Assembly: GCA_963845565.1 (NCBI GenBank)
Contig: CAWJSJ010000002.1
Location: 2,016,001 to 2,080,000 of the forward strand
Direction: 5' to 3'
Source of the DNA: an uncultured Methylomirabilota bacterium
GTDB lineage: Bacteria; Methylomirabilota; Methylomirabilia; Methylomirabilales; 2-02-FULL-66-22
Length of the DNA: 64,000 nt
The position numbers and the translations under genes were made by a program. The notes beneath the pieces are model-generated. The model saw only the letters and a program-made list of their open reading frames with translations. It was not told the DNA's origin and did no database searches. Shown in pieces: positions 1-12,621 of the stretch (position 1 is its first letter; each line of letters opens with the position of its first letter).

Positions 1-507
1 TAAGGGCACGCTGGGCGCGGATGGCGCACCCCTGGTGGACGGCCGGCCGTGGGACAGTCCAGAGGTCGCCGCCGAGGTCGTGGAGATCGCCGGGCCGGCG
101 CGAAGCTGGTGCGCTACGACGGCGCCGAGCGCTTCGACGTGCTGCCGTTGCTGGTGGCCACCGACGGCGCGATCGCGGCCTTCGGCCACGACCATCGCCG
201 CTTGCGACCCAACATCGTGATCGGCGGTGTCGAAGGGATGACCGAGCGCGAGTGGCCGGGCGGGTGCCTGCGGATCGGCAAGGTGCTCATCGGTGTCCAG
301 GATCTGCGCCTGCGCTGCATCATGACCTCATACGATCCCGACACGCTGGTCCAGGACAAGGAAATCACCCGCGGCATCTACCGGCGCTTCGAGGGCAAGC
401 TCGCGCTCAACTGCTTCGTGATCGAAGGCGGCGAAATCGCGGTCGGCGACGAGGTGCAACTGGTGCGAGGGCGCGCTTGCGCAGAGTCCGCAGCGTTGAT
501 CGAGTAG
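1..507 (+). CDS. MOSC-domain protein (5' truncated by window edge; frameshift near 95)
   Basis: RRLRPNIVIGG and RCIMTSYDP...GEIAVGDEV MOSC motifs. Upstream frame DGRPWDSPEVAAEVVEIAGP joins GAKLVRY by a 1-nt shift. Confidence 0.8.
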
Positions 508-531
508 GGCGACCATCGCCGTGGGTTCTGC

Positions 532-588
532 AGATGACACACGGCACCAACGGACGGCGTTCGGCCGCCGTTGATCTGAGCGTCGGCT
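532..588 (+). other. degenerate integron attC-like site
   Basis: AGATGAC...CAACGGACGGC gttcg GCCGCCGTTGAT CTGAGC GTCGGCT: 57 bp, central stem with one extrahelical base. R' box reads GTC instead of GTT. Confidence 0.45.
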
Positions 589-617
589 CCACGAATCACG
601 AGTGAAGGAGGACACCG

Positions 618-2283
618 ATGCGAAGAAAGGTATCGGGGCGGGTCACCGTCCGGGCGATCAGTGGGACGCATGTGGTCTTCCTGGCATTCAACATGAAGGA
701 GTCCGACGCGAACGGGCTCATGGGGTTTGCGATCCAGCGGACCGATCTCACGGACGACGAAACCGTCTGGCTGCGAGGCAACAAGACGTTTGCCAGCATC
801 CGGCCGTCCACCGGTATAGAGGATGCCAGCAGTCACGAGCATCCGTTCCAGGCATTTCAATGGGCGGACTATTCGGCAAAGCCCGGCTACCGCTACCGCT
901 ACCGCGTCATTCCCATGTACGGCAGCCCAGGCGCGCTGAAGAAGAAAGCGGCGACCAGCGTCACCATCACGGCCGAGCCGCTGTCGGGTGACACGCACGA
1001 CGTCCACTTCAATCGCGGCGCCATCGCGTCGCAAGCGTTCGCGAAACGCTTTCCGGGGCTGACGCTCGATCAGGCCGGCCCGCCCGCGTACGCGTGGCTG
1101 GCGCGCGATCTCTTGCCTGCGCTGCTCGGTTTCATCGCCAAAGCCAAGGACAGCAGTTACAGCCTGCGTGCCGCGATATACGAGCTGCAATGGCCGGACG
1201 TGCTGGCGGCCTTTGGGGCCGCCTCCCGCGCCGGCGCCGACGTGAAGATCGTCTACCACGCGAAGGACGACGAAACCGGCGCCGCGAACGAAGTGCAGAT
1301 CGACAAGGCGGGGATACGCGCGCTGTGCGTGCCGCGGAGAAACGCCAAGCTGATGCACAACAAGTTCATCGTGCTCAGCAAAGCCGGGAAGCCGATCTCG
1401 GTGTGGACCGGTTCCACGAACTTGAGCCGCAATGCCTTGCATGGCCAGCTCAACGTCGGGCACGCCATTCACGACCGCGTCGTGGCCAAGGCGTTCCTCG
1501 GCTACTGGACCGCGTTGACGGCGGATCCGACCGCAGACGACCTGAAAGAGTTGGGCCGAAGCCAACAACGCACTGCCGCCGGACGATGACGCCGATTTGC
1601 TCACCCCGGTGTTTTCGCCGCACCGCGGCCGGGGGGTGTTCGACTGGTGGATAGACCTCGCCGGCGCGCCAGGGAAGCCGCTGTTCATGACCTTTCCCTT
1701 TGGCATCGTCAAGGACTTCCGGCCGGTGTTCGACAAGAACGACGGCGTACTGCGGTTCGGTATGCTGGACAAATACGTGAACGGCGGCACGGTGGCCTCG
1801 CGCGCGGCAGCGATTGCCGATATCCAGCGCATCTGCCGGCACCCCAACATCGCCATGGCGCTGGGCGCCCGAATCCTGGTGGATTGGATCGACGGCTGGT
1901 ACCGGGAATCCAGCGCCATCGGCGTCAACGTCAACTGGGTGCACACGAAATTCATGCTGATCGATCCGCTTGGCATGAAGCCGGTGACGCTCACCGGTTC
2001 CGCCAACTGGAGCGAAGCGAGCGTGAACGTCAACGACGAAAACATGGTGGTCATTCGCGGCGACAAGCGCGTGGCGGATATCTACTTCGGCGAGTTCATG
2101 CGCATCTTTGCCCACCACCGCTTCCGGGAGTCTGTGGCGCGCCATATCGAGGAGTTCGGCTCGGCGGCGTTCAATACCTGGAAGCCGCAGGACCTCTTCG
2201 AAGACTGGCGCAAATGGGTGCCCATGCACTTCAGGGCGGGTTCGGAGCGCGACATCAAGCGGCGGTATTTCTCAGGTGAATAG
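618..2283 (+). CDS. phospholipase D superfamily protein with two HKD-like motifs (frameshift near 1551)
   Basis: HNKFIV...WTGSTN in ORF 618-1589 and HTKFMLID...TGSANWS in ORF 1597-2283. Removing one T at ~1551 gives continuous DLKEWAEANNALPPDDDADLLTPVFSP. Confidence 0.85.
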
Positions 2284-2360
2284 GTTCTGGACGGTAAGAC
2301 ATACGGCGTGCGCGACCGCGCGGGCGACGCGGCGGTCTCGGGGGACATGCGGAGGTTTCC

Positions 2361-3155
2361 ATGAATAGGCTGCTTGGGAATGCGGTCGGCGCCTTGCTGC
2401 TCGCAGTGCTCGTCCACGGTGCGAATGCGCAGGCTGCTGAACGTGTCGTTGATATTCCGACGAGACCTGGCGTGACGCAGCGACTGCTGATCCTTGCCCC
2501 CCAGGATCCGAAGGCGACCGTGATCCTTTTTGCGGGCGGCCATGGAGGCCTGCAAGTGGCCCCGAACGGTTCACTCAAATGGGGTGAGGGCAATTTTCTC
2601 GTCCGCACCCGACAGCTTTTCGCCGATCAGGGACTCCTGGTAGTCGTGGTTGATGCGCCATCTGATCGTCAAAGTGCCCCGTTCCTTGGTGGCTTTCGCC
2701 AGAAGCCCGAGCACGCTGCGGATATCAAGGCGGTCATCGCCTGGGCACGTGCGCAGGCGACGGTGCCTGTCTGGCTGGTGGGTACGAGCCGCGGCACGCA
2801 ATCAGCGGCCTTCATCGCCACCGCGCTTGAGAAAACAGAGGGCCCGGATGGTCTCGTTCTTACGTCAACCATCCTCAGCGATGACAAGGGTCGGCCGGTT
2901 CCGGCGATGCCTCTCGGAAAAGTGCGCATTCCCGTCTTGGTGGTTCACCATGAGCAAGACGGCTGCATCCACTGCGCGTTCAGCGACATACCGGCCCTGA
3001 TGGGCAAGCTTGGCGAAGCACCGAGAAAACAATTGTGGTCGTTCACGGGGGGAGAGAATCGGGGAGACCCCTGTGAAGCGCGGGCCTATCATGGCTTTAA
3101 TGGCCTTGAGCGTGACGTAGTCGCGCAGACGGTAGGCTGGATACTTGCCAAGTAG
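2361..3155 (+). CDS. secreted alpha/beta hydrolase
   Basis: Signal peptide, GTSRG nucleophile elbow, VHHEQDGC and YHGF motifs. Confidence 0.8.
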   Translation: MNRLLGNAVGALLLAVLVHGANAQAAERVVDIPTRPGVTQRLLILAPQDPKATVILFAGGHGGLQVAPNGSLKWGEGNFLVRTRQLFADQGLLVVVVDAPSDRQSAPFLGGFRQKPEHAADIKAVIAWARAQATVPVWLVGTSRGTQSAAFIATALEKTEGPDGLVLTSTILSDDKGRPVPAMPLGKVRIPVLVVHHEQDGCIHCAFSDIPALMGKLGEAPRKQLWSFTGGENRGDPCEARAYHGFNGLERDVVAQTVGWILAK

Positions 3156-3345
3156 CCAGGTGCCAGCGGTAGTCCAGGAGGCGCTGGCAGTGACGGAGGT
3201 CCGCGCTGCGGATGGCGAGCGTGTTCAGTACAACTTCCACGTCAAAGCCGCTGGCTGACGCGGTGTTGCGGGAGCCGTCCAGACACGACACCCCATCGCG
3301 CGCGGAACTCCGACGTCTAGTGTCGTTCGTCATGCAGGATCCTTC

Positions 3346-4041
3346 ATGAGAACCATCGGCTTGATCGGCGGGATGAGTTGGGAGTCCACCGTTCCGTATT
3401 ACCGTGTCATCAATGAAACGGTGCGCGCTCGGCTGGGCGGCCTTCACTCCGCCAAGATCATTCTCTACAGCGTCGACTTTCACGACATCGAACACCTACA
3501 ACGGGCGGGCGATTGGCCCGAGGCGGGGCGCCAACTGGCGCACGCGGCGCGGTCGCTGGAGTTGGCGGGTGCGGACTGTCTGGTGCTGTGCACAAACACG
3601 ATGCACCGAGTGGCGCCCGCAATCGAGGAAGCCGTTACGATCCCGTTCTTTCACATCGCGGACCCGACGGCTGAAGAAATCACACGGTCCGGCCTGGTGC
3701 GGGTCGGCCTGCTTGGCACGCGCTTCACGATGGAGCAGGAGTTCTATCGTCACAGGCTCCAACGCCATCACGGTATCGACGTCTTGGTTCCGGACGAAGC
3801 CGACCGGGAGATCGTCCATCGGGTCATTTACGACGAGCTGTGTGTGGGTAAGATTCTCGATGCCTCCCGCGGCCACTACCGTCGCATCATCAATCGCCTG
3901 GCCGAGCGTGGCGCGCAGGCGGTCATTCTCGGCTGTACAGAGATCTCGATGCTCGTCGGGACTGCGGACTCACCGGTTCCGGTCTTCGACACCACGAGCC
4001 TCCATGCCAGGAGGGTCGCGGAGTGGGCAACGAGCGATTAA
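3346..4041 (+). CDS. aspartate/glutamate racemase family (YgeA/RacX-like)
   Basis: IGLIGGMSWEST, CTNTMH and LGCTEI catalytic Cys motifs. Confidence 0.95.
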   Translation: MRTIGLIGGMSWESTVPYYRVINETVRARLGGLHSAKIILYSVDFHDIEHLQRAGDWPEAGRQLAHAARSLELAGADCLVLCTNTMHRVAPAIEEAVTIPFFHIADPTAEEITRSGLVRVGLLGTRFTMEQEFYRHRLQRHHGIDVLVPDEADREIVHRVIYDELCVGKILDASRGHYRRIINRLAERGAQAVILGCTEISMLVGTADSPVPVFDTTSLHARRVAEWATSD

Positions 4042-4193
4042 CGCGCTGGTGCGAGGGGCGAGGGGACGACGGCAGATATTCCGGCGGACCATGCGTTCCG
4101 ACGGAGACCGGTAAGGAGCCAACGACCCTCCCACCTTTCCGTCAATCACGATATGCGCTATCGACGATTTGAAGCCACAATCGGGAGGCCATT

Positions 4194-4586
4194 GTGAGCG
4201 TGCGGGCGGTTGTTGTCTGGTTGGTGCTCGTGTGCGTAGCCATCGGGAACGGCGCATTTCGAGAGGCCGTGCTCAATCCCCGCGTGGGCGCGCCTGTGGG
4301 ACACGTCGTGAGCACCGTGATGCTGTGTGTCGGCATTGCGTTCGTCGCGTGGGTGACGATCCCCTGGATTCACCCGACGACCGCGGGGGAGGCGGCCCGC
4401 GTCGGCGCGCTGTGGTTGGTTCTCGTGCTCCTATTCGAATTCGGGTTCGGACACTTCATCGCGCGGAAGTCGTGGCCGGAGCTGCTCACGGACTACGATC
4501 TTCTTCGCGGTCGCGTGTGGGTGCTTGTTCTGGTCACCACCGCTGTCGCTCCGTACCTGATGGCGCGTGCGCGCCGGCTCTGGTGA
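4194..4586 (+). CDS. 4-TM hypothetical membrane protein
   Basis: RBS GGAGG, GTG start, four hydrophobic segments, FEFGFGH...LLTDYDL motif. Confidence 0.75.
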   Translation: MSVRAVVVWLVLVCVAIGNGAFREAVLNPRVGAPVGHVVSTVMLCVGIAFVAWVTIPWIHPTTAGEAARVGALWLVLVLLFEFGFGHFIARKSWPELLTDYDLLRGRVWVLVLVTTAVAPYLMARARRLW

Positions 4587-4699
4587 CTGCGGCGCGGCCC
4601 GGTCGCGTGAAGGGACCGCGCCGACGTCGGGAGGGCACAATCTAACGGCCGCCGCCGATCCGCGGTTCGACGATTCCACCGCACGCGAGGGAAACGATC

Positions 4700-4931
4700 A
4701 TGGGCTTCTTCGAGTGGGCCGCGCTGGTCGTCGGGAGCGGTCTGATCGCTGGTGGAGTACGGGCCATCGGTCGACGGCAGGTGAGTACCCCCGAACGGCA
4801 CGAAGGGGACAGTGCCGTTCGACTGGGCTGGGTGTGGATCGGGTTGGGTACGTTGTTTGTACGCGCCGTGATGTTGGATGTCGCGTTCCTGAAGAGCCGT
4901 GTTTCGTCTGTTCCTCGCGGCCGCCAACTGA
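4700..4931 (+). CDS. small membrane protein (probable frameshift near 4898)
   Basis: Two TM segments after an RBS. A shifted frame ends FRLFLAAAN-TGA at 4931. Confidence 0.45.
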
Positions 4932-5038
4932 GCGTCCTGGGGCCTCGATACCGGTTGACCACCGTCGGACCGACCCTTGCGCCACACCGGTTGAGCATGT
5001 GCGCGCGGCGATCCACACCGACATGCGAGGAGGACGAC

Positions 5039-5449
5039 ATGAGTGCGTGGGAATTGTCGTCCGGTAGGTGGTCGCCGCGCCTGCTGAGTGTCTTGCGCAT
5101 CGTCACGGCGCTTCTCTTCATCCCGCACGGGACCCAGAAGCTGTTCGGGTTCCCCGGGGCGCAGCAGGCGGTGTCCCCACTCCTGTCTTTGATGGGGATC
5201 GCCGGAATCTTGGAATGCGTCGGCGGGGTGCTGCTTCTCCTGGGCCTGTTCACCCGACCTACGGCATTCGTACTGGCGGGAGAGATGGCGGTCGCCTATT
5301 TCATGGCCCACGCACCTCGGGGGTTCTGGCCAATTCTTAACCGAGGAGAACTGGCGGCGCTGTACTGTTTTGTGTTTCTCTACTTGGCCGTCGCCGGTGG
5401 GGGGGCGTGGAGTCTCGGCCGCTTCAATACCGGGACGCGACGTCGCTGA
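5039..5449 (+). CDS. DoxX family membrane protein
   Basis: GAGGAGG RBS; LRIVTALLFIPHGTQKLFG, GEMAVAYFMAH, GGGAWSL. Confidence 0.9.
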   Translation: MSAWELSSGRWSPRLLSVLRIVTALLFIPHGTQKLFGFPGAQQAVSPLLSLMGIAGILECVGGVLLLLGLFTRPTAFVLAGEMAVAYFMAHAPRGFWPILNRGELAALYCFVFLYLAVAGGGAWSLGRFNTGTRRR

Positions 5450-5458
5450 ACCGGAGTG

Positions 5459-5493
5459 ACGACTCCCGCACCGAAGACCGGTGCGGGAGTCGT
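5459..5493. terminator. hairpin between convergent genes
   Basis: 15-bp perfect stem ACGACTCCCGCACCG / CGGTGCGGGAGTCGT. Confidence 0.65.
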
Positions 5494-5556
5494 TCTGCCG
5501 TATCCACTCTTGGTCGTTCCCGCAGGTTTCGCGAGTTATCTTCGCAACAATCCCGA

Positions 5557-6051
5557 CTACATCGTTTCGTCGGCCGTCGGCCCATAGATGGAGGGCAGCG
5601 GGACGTTCTGCAACCGGAGGTATACCGAGAGCTGCCCCCGGTGGTGGATTAAGTGGTTGAGCAGGAGCGAGCGGATCACCCCCATGCGCGGCATCTCGAC
5701 GATCACCTTGCCCCCCTTCGTGATCCGCCAGGTTGCGGAGAGCCGCTCCATGCTCTGTCCGCGAATGGCGGCCTCGGCCTGCGCCACGCCGGCATCGAAC
5801 GCGGCCAGGACATCCGCAGCGCTCCCCGCGGTCCGGGGCGTGTAGTCGCCGCCCACCTCGAACCCGTCCTTGTCTAGGATGCCGGCGACCCAGCCGGGGA
5901 TCTCGGCGATGTGGGTCGCCAGGCGGGCCAGGCTCATGGACTTGACGTGGGGCTGCCATGCCAAGTGCGCGTCGGGGACCCGCTCGAGCAGGCGGCGGGT
6001 GGTGGCCATCTCGTGCTTCAACTCCATCAGGATCGGATCGATCGGGTTCAT
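5557..6051 (-). CDS. DinB family protein
   Basis: WQPHVKSMSLARLATHIAE and NHLIHHRGQLSVYLR...SIYGPTAD. Confidence 0.9.
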   Translation of the reverse strand: MNPIDPILMELKHEMATTRRLLERVPDAHLAWQPHVKSMSLARLATHIAEIPGWVAGILDKDGFEVGGDYTPRTAGSAADVLAAFDAGVAQAEAAIRGQSMERLSATWRITKGGKVIVEMPRMGVIRSLLLNHLIHHRGQLSVYLRLQNVPLPSIYGPTADETM

Positions 6052-6320
6052 TCGGCACCTCCATCTGTGTGTGGTTTAGGCGGAACGCCGACCTGCCGCT
6101 CCGCGCCGGAGTTGGCAAGATACGGCGGCGGATTCCGTCGGTCGGAGAACGTGCGGCGTCCGCGTCGGAGAGCGAGATCGGGCATGGCGGTGCTCTCCTT
6201 CACGTGTTGAACTTGACGGAAAAGTCGGTGGCACGGATTGCGCTTGCGCGGCTATACTGTAGTCCGGAAGTGAAGGTGGTGCAAGGACGCTCAAGAGAAA
6301 CCTGTCACGGACGGATCGTC

Positions 6321-7703
6321 ATGCCGGTCGAGTTGTGCGGGTCAAGCGCAGGGGAGGAGCGCGCGGCGCGCGGGGCACCCGTCGGACGGATCGCGCTGCT
6401 GCTGGTATGCTGCCTCTTGGCTGCCTGCGGCAGAGGGGTGCCGCCGGTCGAGGAGGCGAGGTACGAAGGGCCGGCGCTCGATCGCGTTCCCATCGTGCTG
6501 GTGCCGGGAGTCAGTCGCGAAGTGGGAGCCCAGCTCCGGGGGGGCACGTTCATGCCCTTCTCGGCCCTGGCGCTCCGCACCGATGCCGAAGCGCTCGCCA
6601 ACCTGGGCGATCCAAGGTTTCCCGCCGATGGGCGACGCCCGCTGGAGATTCCCGGCCGGCTGGACCAGGCCCTGCGGCAGACCGACGTTCGGGGGTTGCA
6701 GAGCCTCCTCACTCACTTGATCCAGGTGGAAGGGTACGTCCGGGGAAACCCCGACCGTCCGCAGGACAAGGATTACCCTGAAAACCCCGAGGCGGTCCGC
6801 AGCGACCGGACGCGGCCGGCGTCGCTCTTTGTGCTCTACTACGACTGGCGCCGCGACCTGGCCGACAGCGCCTGCATCCTGGCCCAGGGTATCGACCGCA
6901 TCCGGGCGCGGACCGGCGCGACCCAGGTACACCTGGTCGGCCACAGCCTGGGTGGTGTTCTGGCGCGATACTACACGCGCTACGGCGGCTGGGACGCCAT
7001 GCGGGACCGCGCCTGCCCCCTGGGCGCGGGGAGCATGGGCGTTGCCGTCAACCCGCCCGGCACCGCCGCCATCCGACGGCTGGTCATGCTAGGCGCACCC
7101 CATCAGGGCTCGGGCCAGGCGTTCCGGGCCCTCTTGCAGGACTTCAACCTCTTCGGGTTCGTGGGGGTCGGGCTGCGGGATGCCGTCTCCACCATGCCGC
7201 TGCCGTGGCAGCTCTTGCCGGACGCCGACGCGGACGGCCGGGTTTCCCTCCTGGTGGGTCCCGCCGGCGAAGAGCGCGTCGCGCTCTACGCGCCGCAGAC
7301 CTGGATCGAGCGGGGGTGGTTGGCCGGGGACGTGACGGATCCCGAGCGCCGGAAATTCCTGGAGGTGATGCTCGACCGGGCCACGACCCTGCACCGCCGG
7401 ATGGCGGAGCGGAGCCCCGCCGAGGACGCCGTCCCGCGGCTGGCGGTGGGCGCCTCGTGTCGGCCGACCACGGCCAGGGGGCTGCTGGAGAACGGGAAGG
7501 TCGAATTTCTTTCCCGGGCCGACTTCGGCCATCCGCGCTTCTCACAAGTCACCGTCCCGGGAGACGGCATCGTGAGCCTGGAGAGTGCCTTGGGCGTACC
7601 CGCTTCCCCGACCCTCACGGCGCTCACCGTGTGCTCCAGCCATAGCGGGTACGTGGATGACCCGGCGTTGCGCGGTCGAATTGCGGATTTTCTCCTGCGG
7701 TGA
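6321..7703 (+). CDS. lipoprotein lipase/acyltransferase-like alpha/beta hydrolase
   Basis: Lipobox LLAAC, YYDWRR, GHSLGG, GAPHQGS, GDGIV. Start uncertain. Confidence 0.8.
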   Translation: MPVELCGSSAGEERAARGAPVGRIALLLVCCLLAACGRGVPPVEEARYEGPALDRVPIVLVPGVSREVGAQLRGGTFMPFSALALRTDAEALANLGDPRFPADGRRPLEIPGRLDQALRQTDVRGLQSLLTHLIQVEGYVRGNPDRPQDKDYPENPEAVRSDRTRPASLFVLYYDWRRDLADSACILAQGIDRIRARTGATQVHLVGHSLGGVLARYYTRYGGWDAMRDRACPLGAGSMGVAVNPPGTAAIRRLVMLGAPHQGSGQAFRALLQDFNLFGFVGVGLRDAVSTMPLPWQLLPDADADGRVSLLVGPAGEERVALYAPQTWIERGWLAGDVTDPERRKFLEVMLDRATTLHRRMAERSPAEDAVPRLAVGASCRPTTARGLLENGKVEFLSRADFGHPRFSQVTVPGDGIVSLESALGVPASPTLTALTVCSSHSGYVDDPALRGRIADFLLR

Positions 7704-7911
7704 ACGGACGACGGCGACAGCGACAGGGACAGCGACAGGGACAGGGACAGTGGGTGGCTTGTTCGGGTGCGGTTGGTGGGATAAGATGATCATAGGATCC
7801 AGCATTCAGCGAGAATTCACAGGCGGGCCTCGGCTGACCGCCGATGGCTGATCGCTGAACGCTTAGTCACCCGCCATGCTGGGCTCTTCTCATTGATGGG
7901 GAGGATGATCC

Positions 7912-10614
<2,703 letters not shown>

Positions 10615-10687
10615 CGGACGGCGTGAGCGAAGGGACAGAGGGACAGAGGGACAGAAGGCAGAGCGGCGGAGAACGGGGGAGAGCAGC

Positions 10688-11314
10688 ATGAGGCGTGGCG
10701 CCTTGGTCGTGGCGGCGATTCTCCTGGCGGTCGGTCTGCTGGTTCGTCCGGCGGGGACCGCGTCGCAGAACGGGGCGACCCCGCCACAATCGGGCGGTTT
10801 GGCCGGGCAGTTCCTGGTGGCCGCGGAGGAGATGGGTGATCCCCGATTCGTCCGGACCGTGATCCTGGTGATCCGGCATGACGCCACCGGCGCCATGGGC
10901 CTCGTCGTGAATCGGCCGGTGGGCGAGGTGCCGATGGCCCGGCTACTGGAGGGGATCGGGTTGGACGCCACGGGTGTGCGCGGGGAGGTCCGACTGCACT
11001 ACGGCGGCCCGGTGGAGCCGCAGCAAGGGTTGACGCTGCATTCGACCGAGTTCTCGATCGACGGGACGCTGCGGGTGACCGGCGGTATCGCGGTCACCGG
11101 CAACCCCGAGGTCCTTCGTGCGATCGGGGCGGGCCGCGGCCCCAAGCGGTACCTGATCGCGCTGGGGTACGCCGGGTGGGCGCCAGGGCAGCTCGAGGCG
11201 GAGATGAAGGCCGGGGGGTGGGTCGCCGTGCCCGCCGATGCGGCGCTCACGTTCGACGAGAACGCCGAAACGAAGTGGGAGCGCGCGATGGCCCGGCGGC
11301 AGGTCGTACTGTAG
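10688..11314 (+). CDS. YqgE/AlgH (DUF179) family protein with signal peptide
   Basis: DPRFVRTVIL, GAMGLVVNRP, YGGPV, GYAGWAPGQLEAE. Confidence 0.9.
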   Translation: MRRGALVVAAILLAVGLLVRPAGTASQNGATPPQSGGLAGQFLVAAEEMGDPRFVRTVILVIRHDATGAMGLVVNRPVGEVPMARLLEGIGLDATGVRGEVRLHYGGPVEPQQGLTLHSTEFSIDGTLRVTGGIAVTGNPEVLRAIGAGRGPKRYLIALGYAGWAPGQLEAEMKAGGWVAVPADAALTFDENAETKWERAMARRQVVL

Positions 11315-11340
11315 GGATCTCGTGCGCGGTTCCGAAAACA

Positions 11341-11382
11341 CCACAGGCGGGCGTCCGGAAGGGAGGGACATCCCGCCTGTGG
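11341..11382. terminator. hairpin between convergent yqgE-like gene and ilvE
   Basis: CCACAGGCGGG...CCCGCCTGTGG inverted repeat. Confidence 0.55.
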
Positions 11383-11407
11383 ATTGCTAATCAGGGGCGC
11401 CGCCCGT

Positions 11408-12433
11408 TTATTTCTCCGAGATGATCTCCGTCCAGCCGTATGGGTCCTCGGCCTCGCCCCACTGGATCGCAGTCAACCGCTTGTAGAGCTCCGTGGTGAT
11501 CGGGCCGGCCTTGCCGTCCTTGGCATAGACGTGGTCCTTGCCGCGGTAGGTGATGGACTCGACCGGCGTGATCACGGCGGCCGTGCCCAGGCAGCCGGCC
11601 TCGTTGAAGGCCGGAAGCTCGTCCACCGAGACCTGCCGCTGCTCCACCTTCACGTCCATGTCCTTGGCGATCTGCTGGACGCTCATGTTGGTGATGCTCG
11701 GCAAGATGGAGGGGCTGGCCGGGGTGGCGAACGTCTTTCCGATGATGGCGTAGAAGTTGGACGAGCCGGATTCGTCGAGGTACTTCTTCTCCCGGCAGTC
11801 GAGATAGAGCACCTCGGCGTAGCCCTTCTCCTTCACCGGCAGGGTCGCCCGCATGCCCGCGGCGTAGTTGCCGCCGCACTTGGCATCCCCCACACCGCCC
11901 GGGGCGGCTCGGTCGATCTGCTCTTCCACGATGAGGCGCACAGGGGTCAGGCCGCCCTTGTAGTACGGCCCGACCGGGGTGACCAGGACCAGGAACAGGT
12001 AGTCATGACTCGGCTTCACACCCACCTCGGCGCTGACGCCGAGCAGGAGCGGGCGAACGTAGAGGCTCGCGCCGCTACCGTAGGGTGGAACGAACCGACG
12101 GTTCGCGCGGACGACCCGGTGCACCGCCTCGCGAAACAGCTCCTCCGGGACGGGCTGCATGAAGAGCTTCCGGGCGGAGCGCTGCGAACGCCGGGCGTTC
12201 TCGATCTGGCGGAAGGTCTGGATTCGACCATCCGGGCGCTCGTAGACCTTGAGGCCCTCGAAGATCTCCTGACCGTAGTGGAGGCACGTCGCGGCGATGT
12301 GGATGGGGATGTGCTCGTCGGCGGTCAGCTCCCCCGCGGACCACTTTCCATCCCGGAACCAGTAACGGATGTTGGCATCCGTCTTCTGGTAAGCAAAAGG
12401 CAAGTTGGCGAAATCGAGATTGGCGCGCTCCAT
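11408..12433 (-). CDS. ilvE: branched-chain amino acid aminotransferase
   Basis: LHYGQEIFEGLK, AKCGGNYA, ILPSIT, GTAAVITP. Confidence 0.95.
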   Translation of the reverse strand: MERANLDFANLPFAYQKTDANIRYWFRDGKWSAGELTADEHIPIHIAATCLHYGQEIFEGLKVYERPDGRIQTFRQIENARRSQRSARKLFMQPVPEELFREAVHRVVRANRRFVPPYGSGASLYVRPLLLGVSAEVGVKPSHDYLFLVLVTPVGPYYKGGLTPVRLIVEEQIDRAAPGGVGDAKCGGNYAAGMRATLPVKEKGYAEVLYLDCREKKYLDESGSSNFYAIIGKTFATPASPSILPSITNMSVQQIAKDMDVKVEQRQVSVDELPAFNEAGCLGTAAVITPVESITYRGKDHVYAKDGKAGPITTELYKRLTAIQWGEAEDPYGWTEIISEK

Positions 12434-12621
12434 GGCTGCTCCCTCCCTGCGGTGGACTGTCCGTAGGGTCAGCATGGTACCGCGAGCGTGGGCGGGGCGC
12501 AAGACTCTTCCGCGAAGGACGGGTTTTCCGAACGATTGTTCGGTTTGGATGGGGGGCTCTGGACATTTGACGCAGGCCAATCGGCAATCTGCAATCGTCA
12601 ATCGTCAATAGGTGAGTTGGC

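Noticed and set aside
4700..5449. Single 249-aa DoxX ORF
   Set aside because: DoxX has its own RBS and start at 5039. The upstream part looks like a separate small frameshifted gene.
6228..6245. Sigma54 promoter TGGCAC..TTGC
   Set aside because: The GG-to-GC spacing does not fit the strict -24/-12 geometry.
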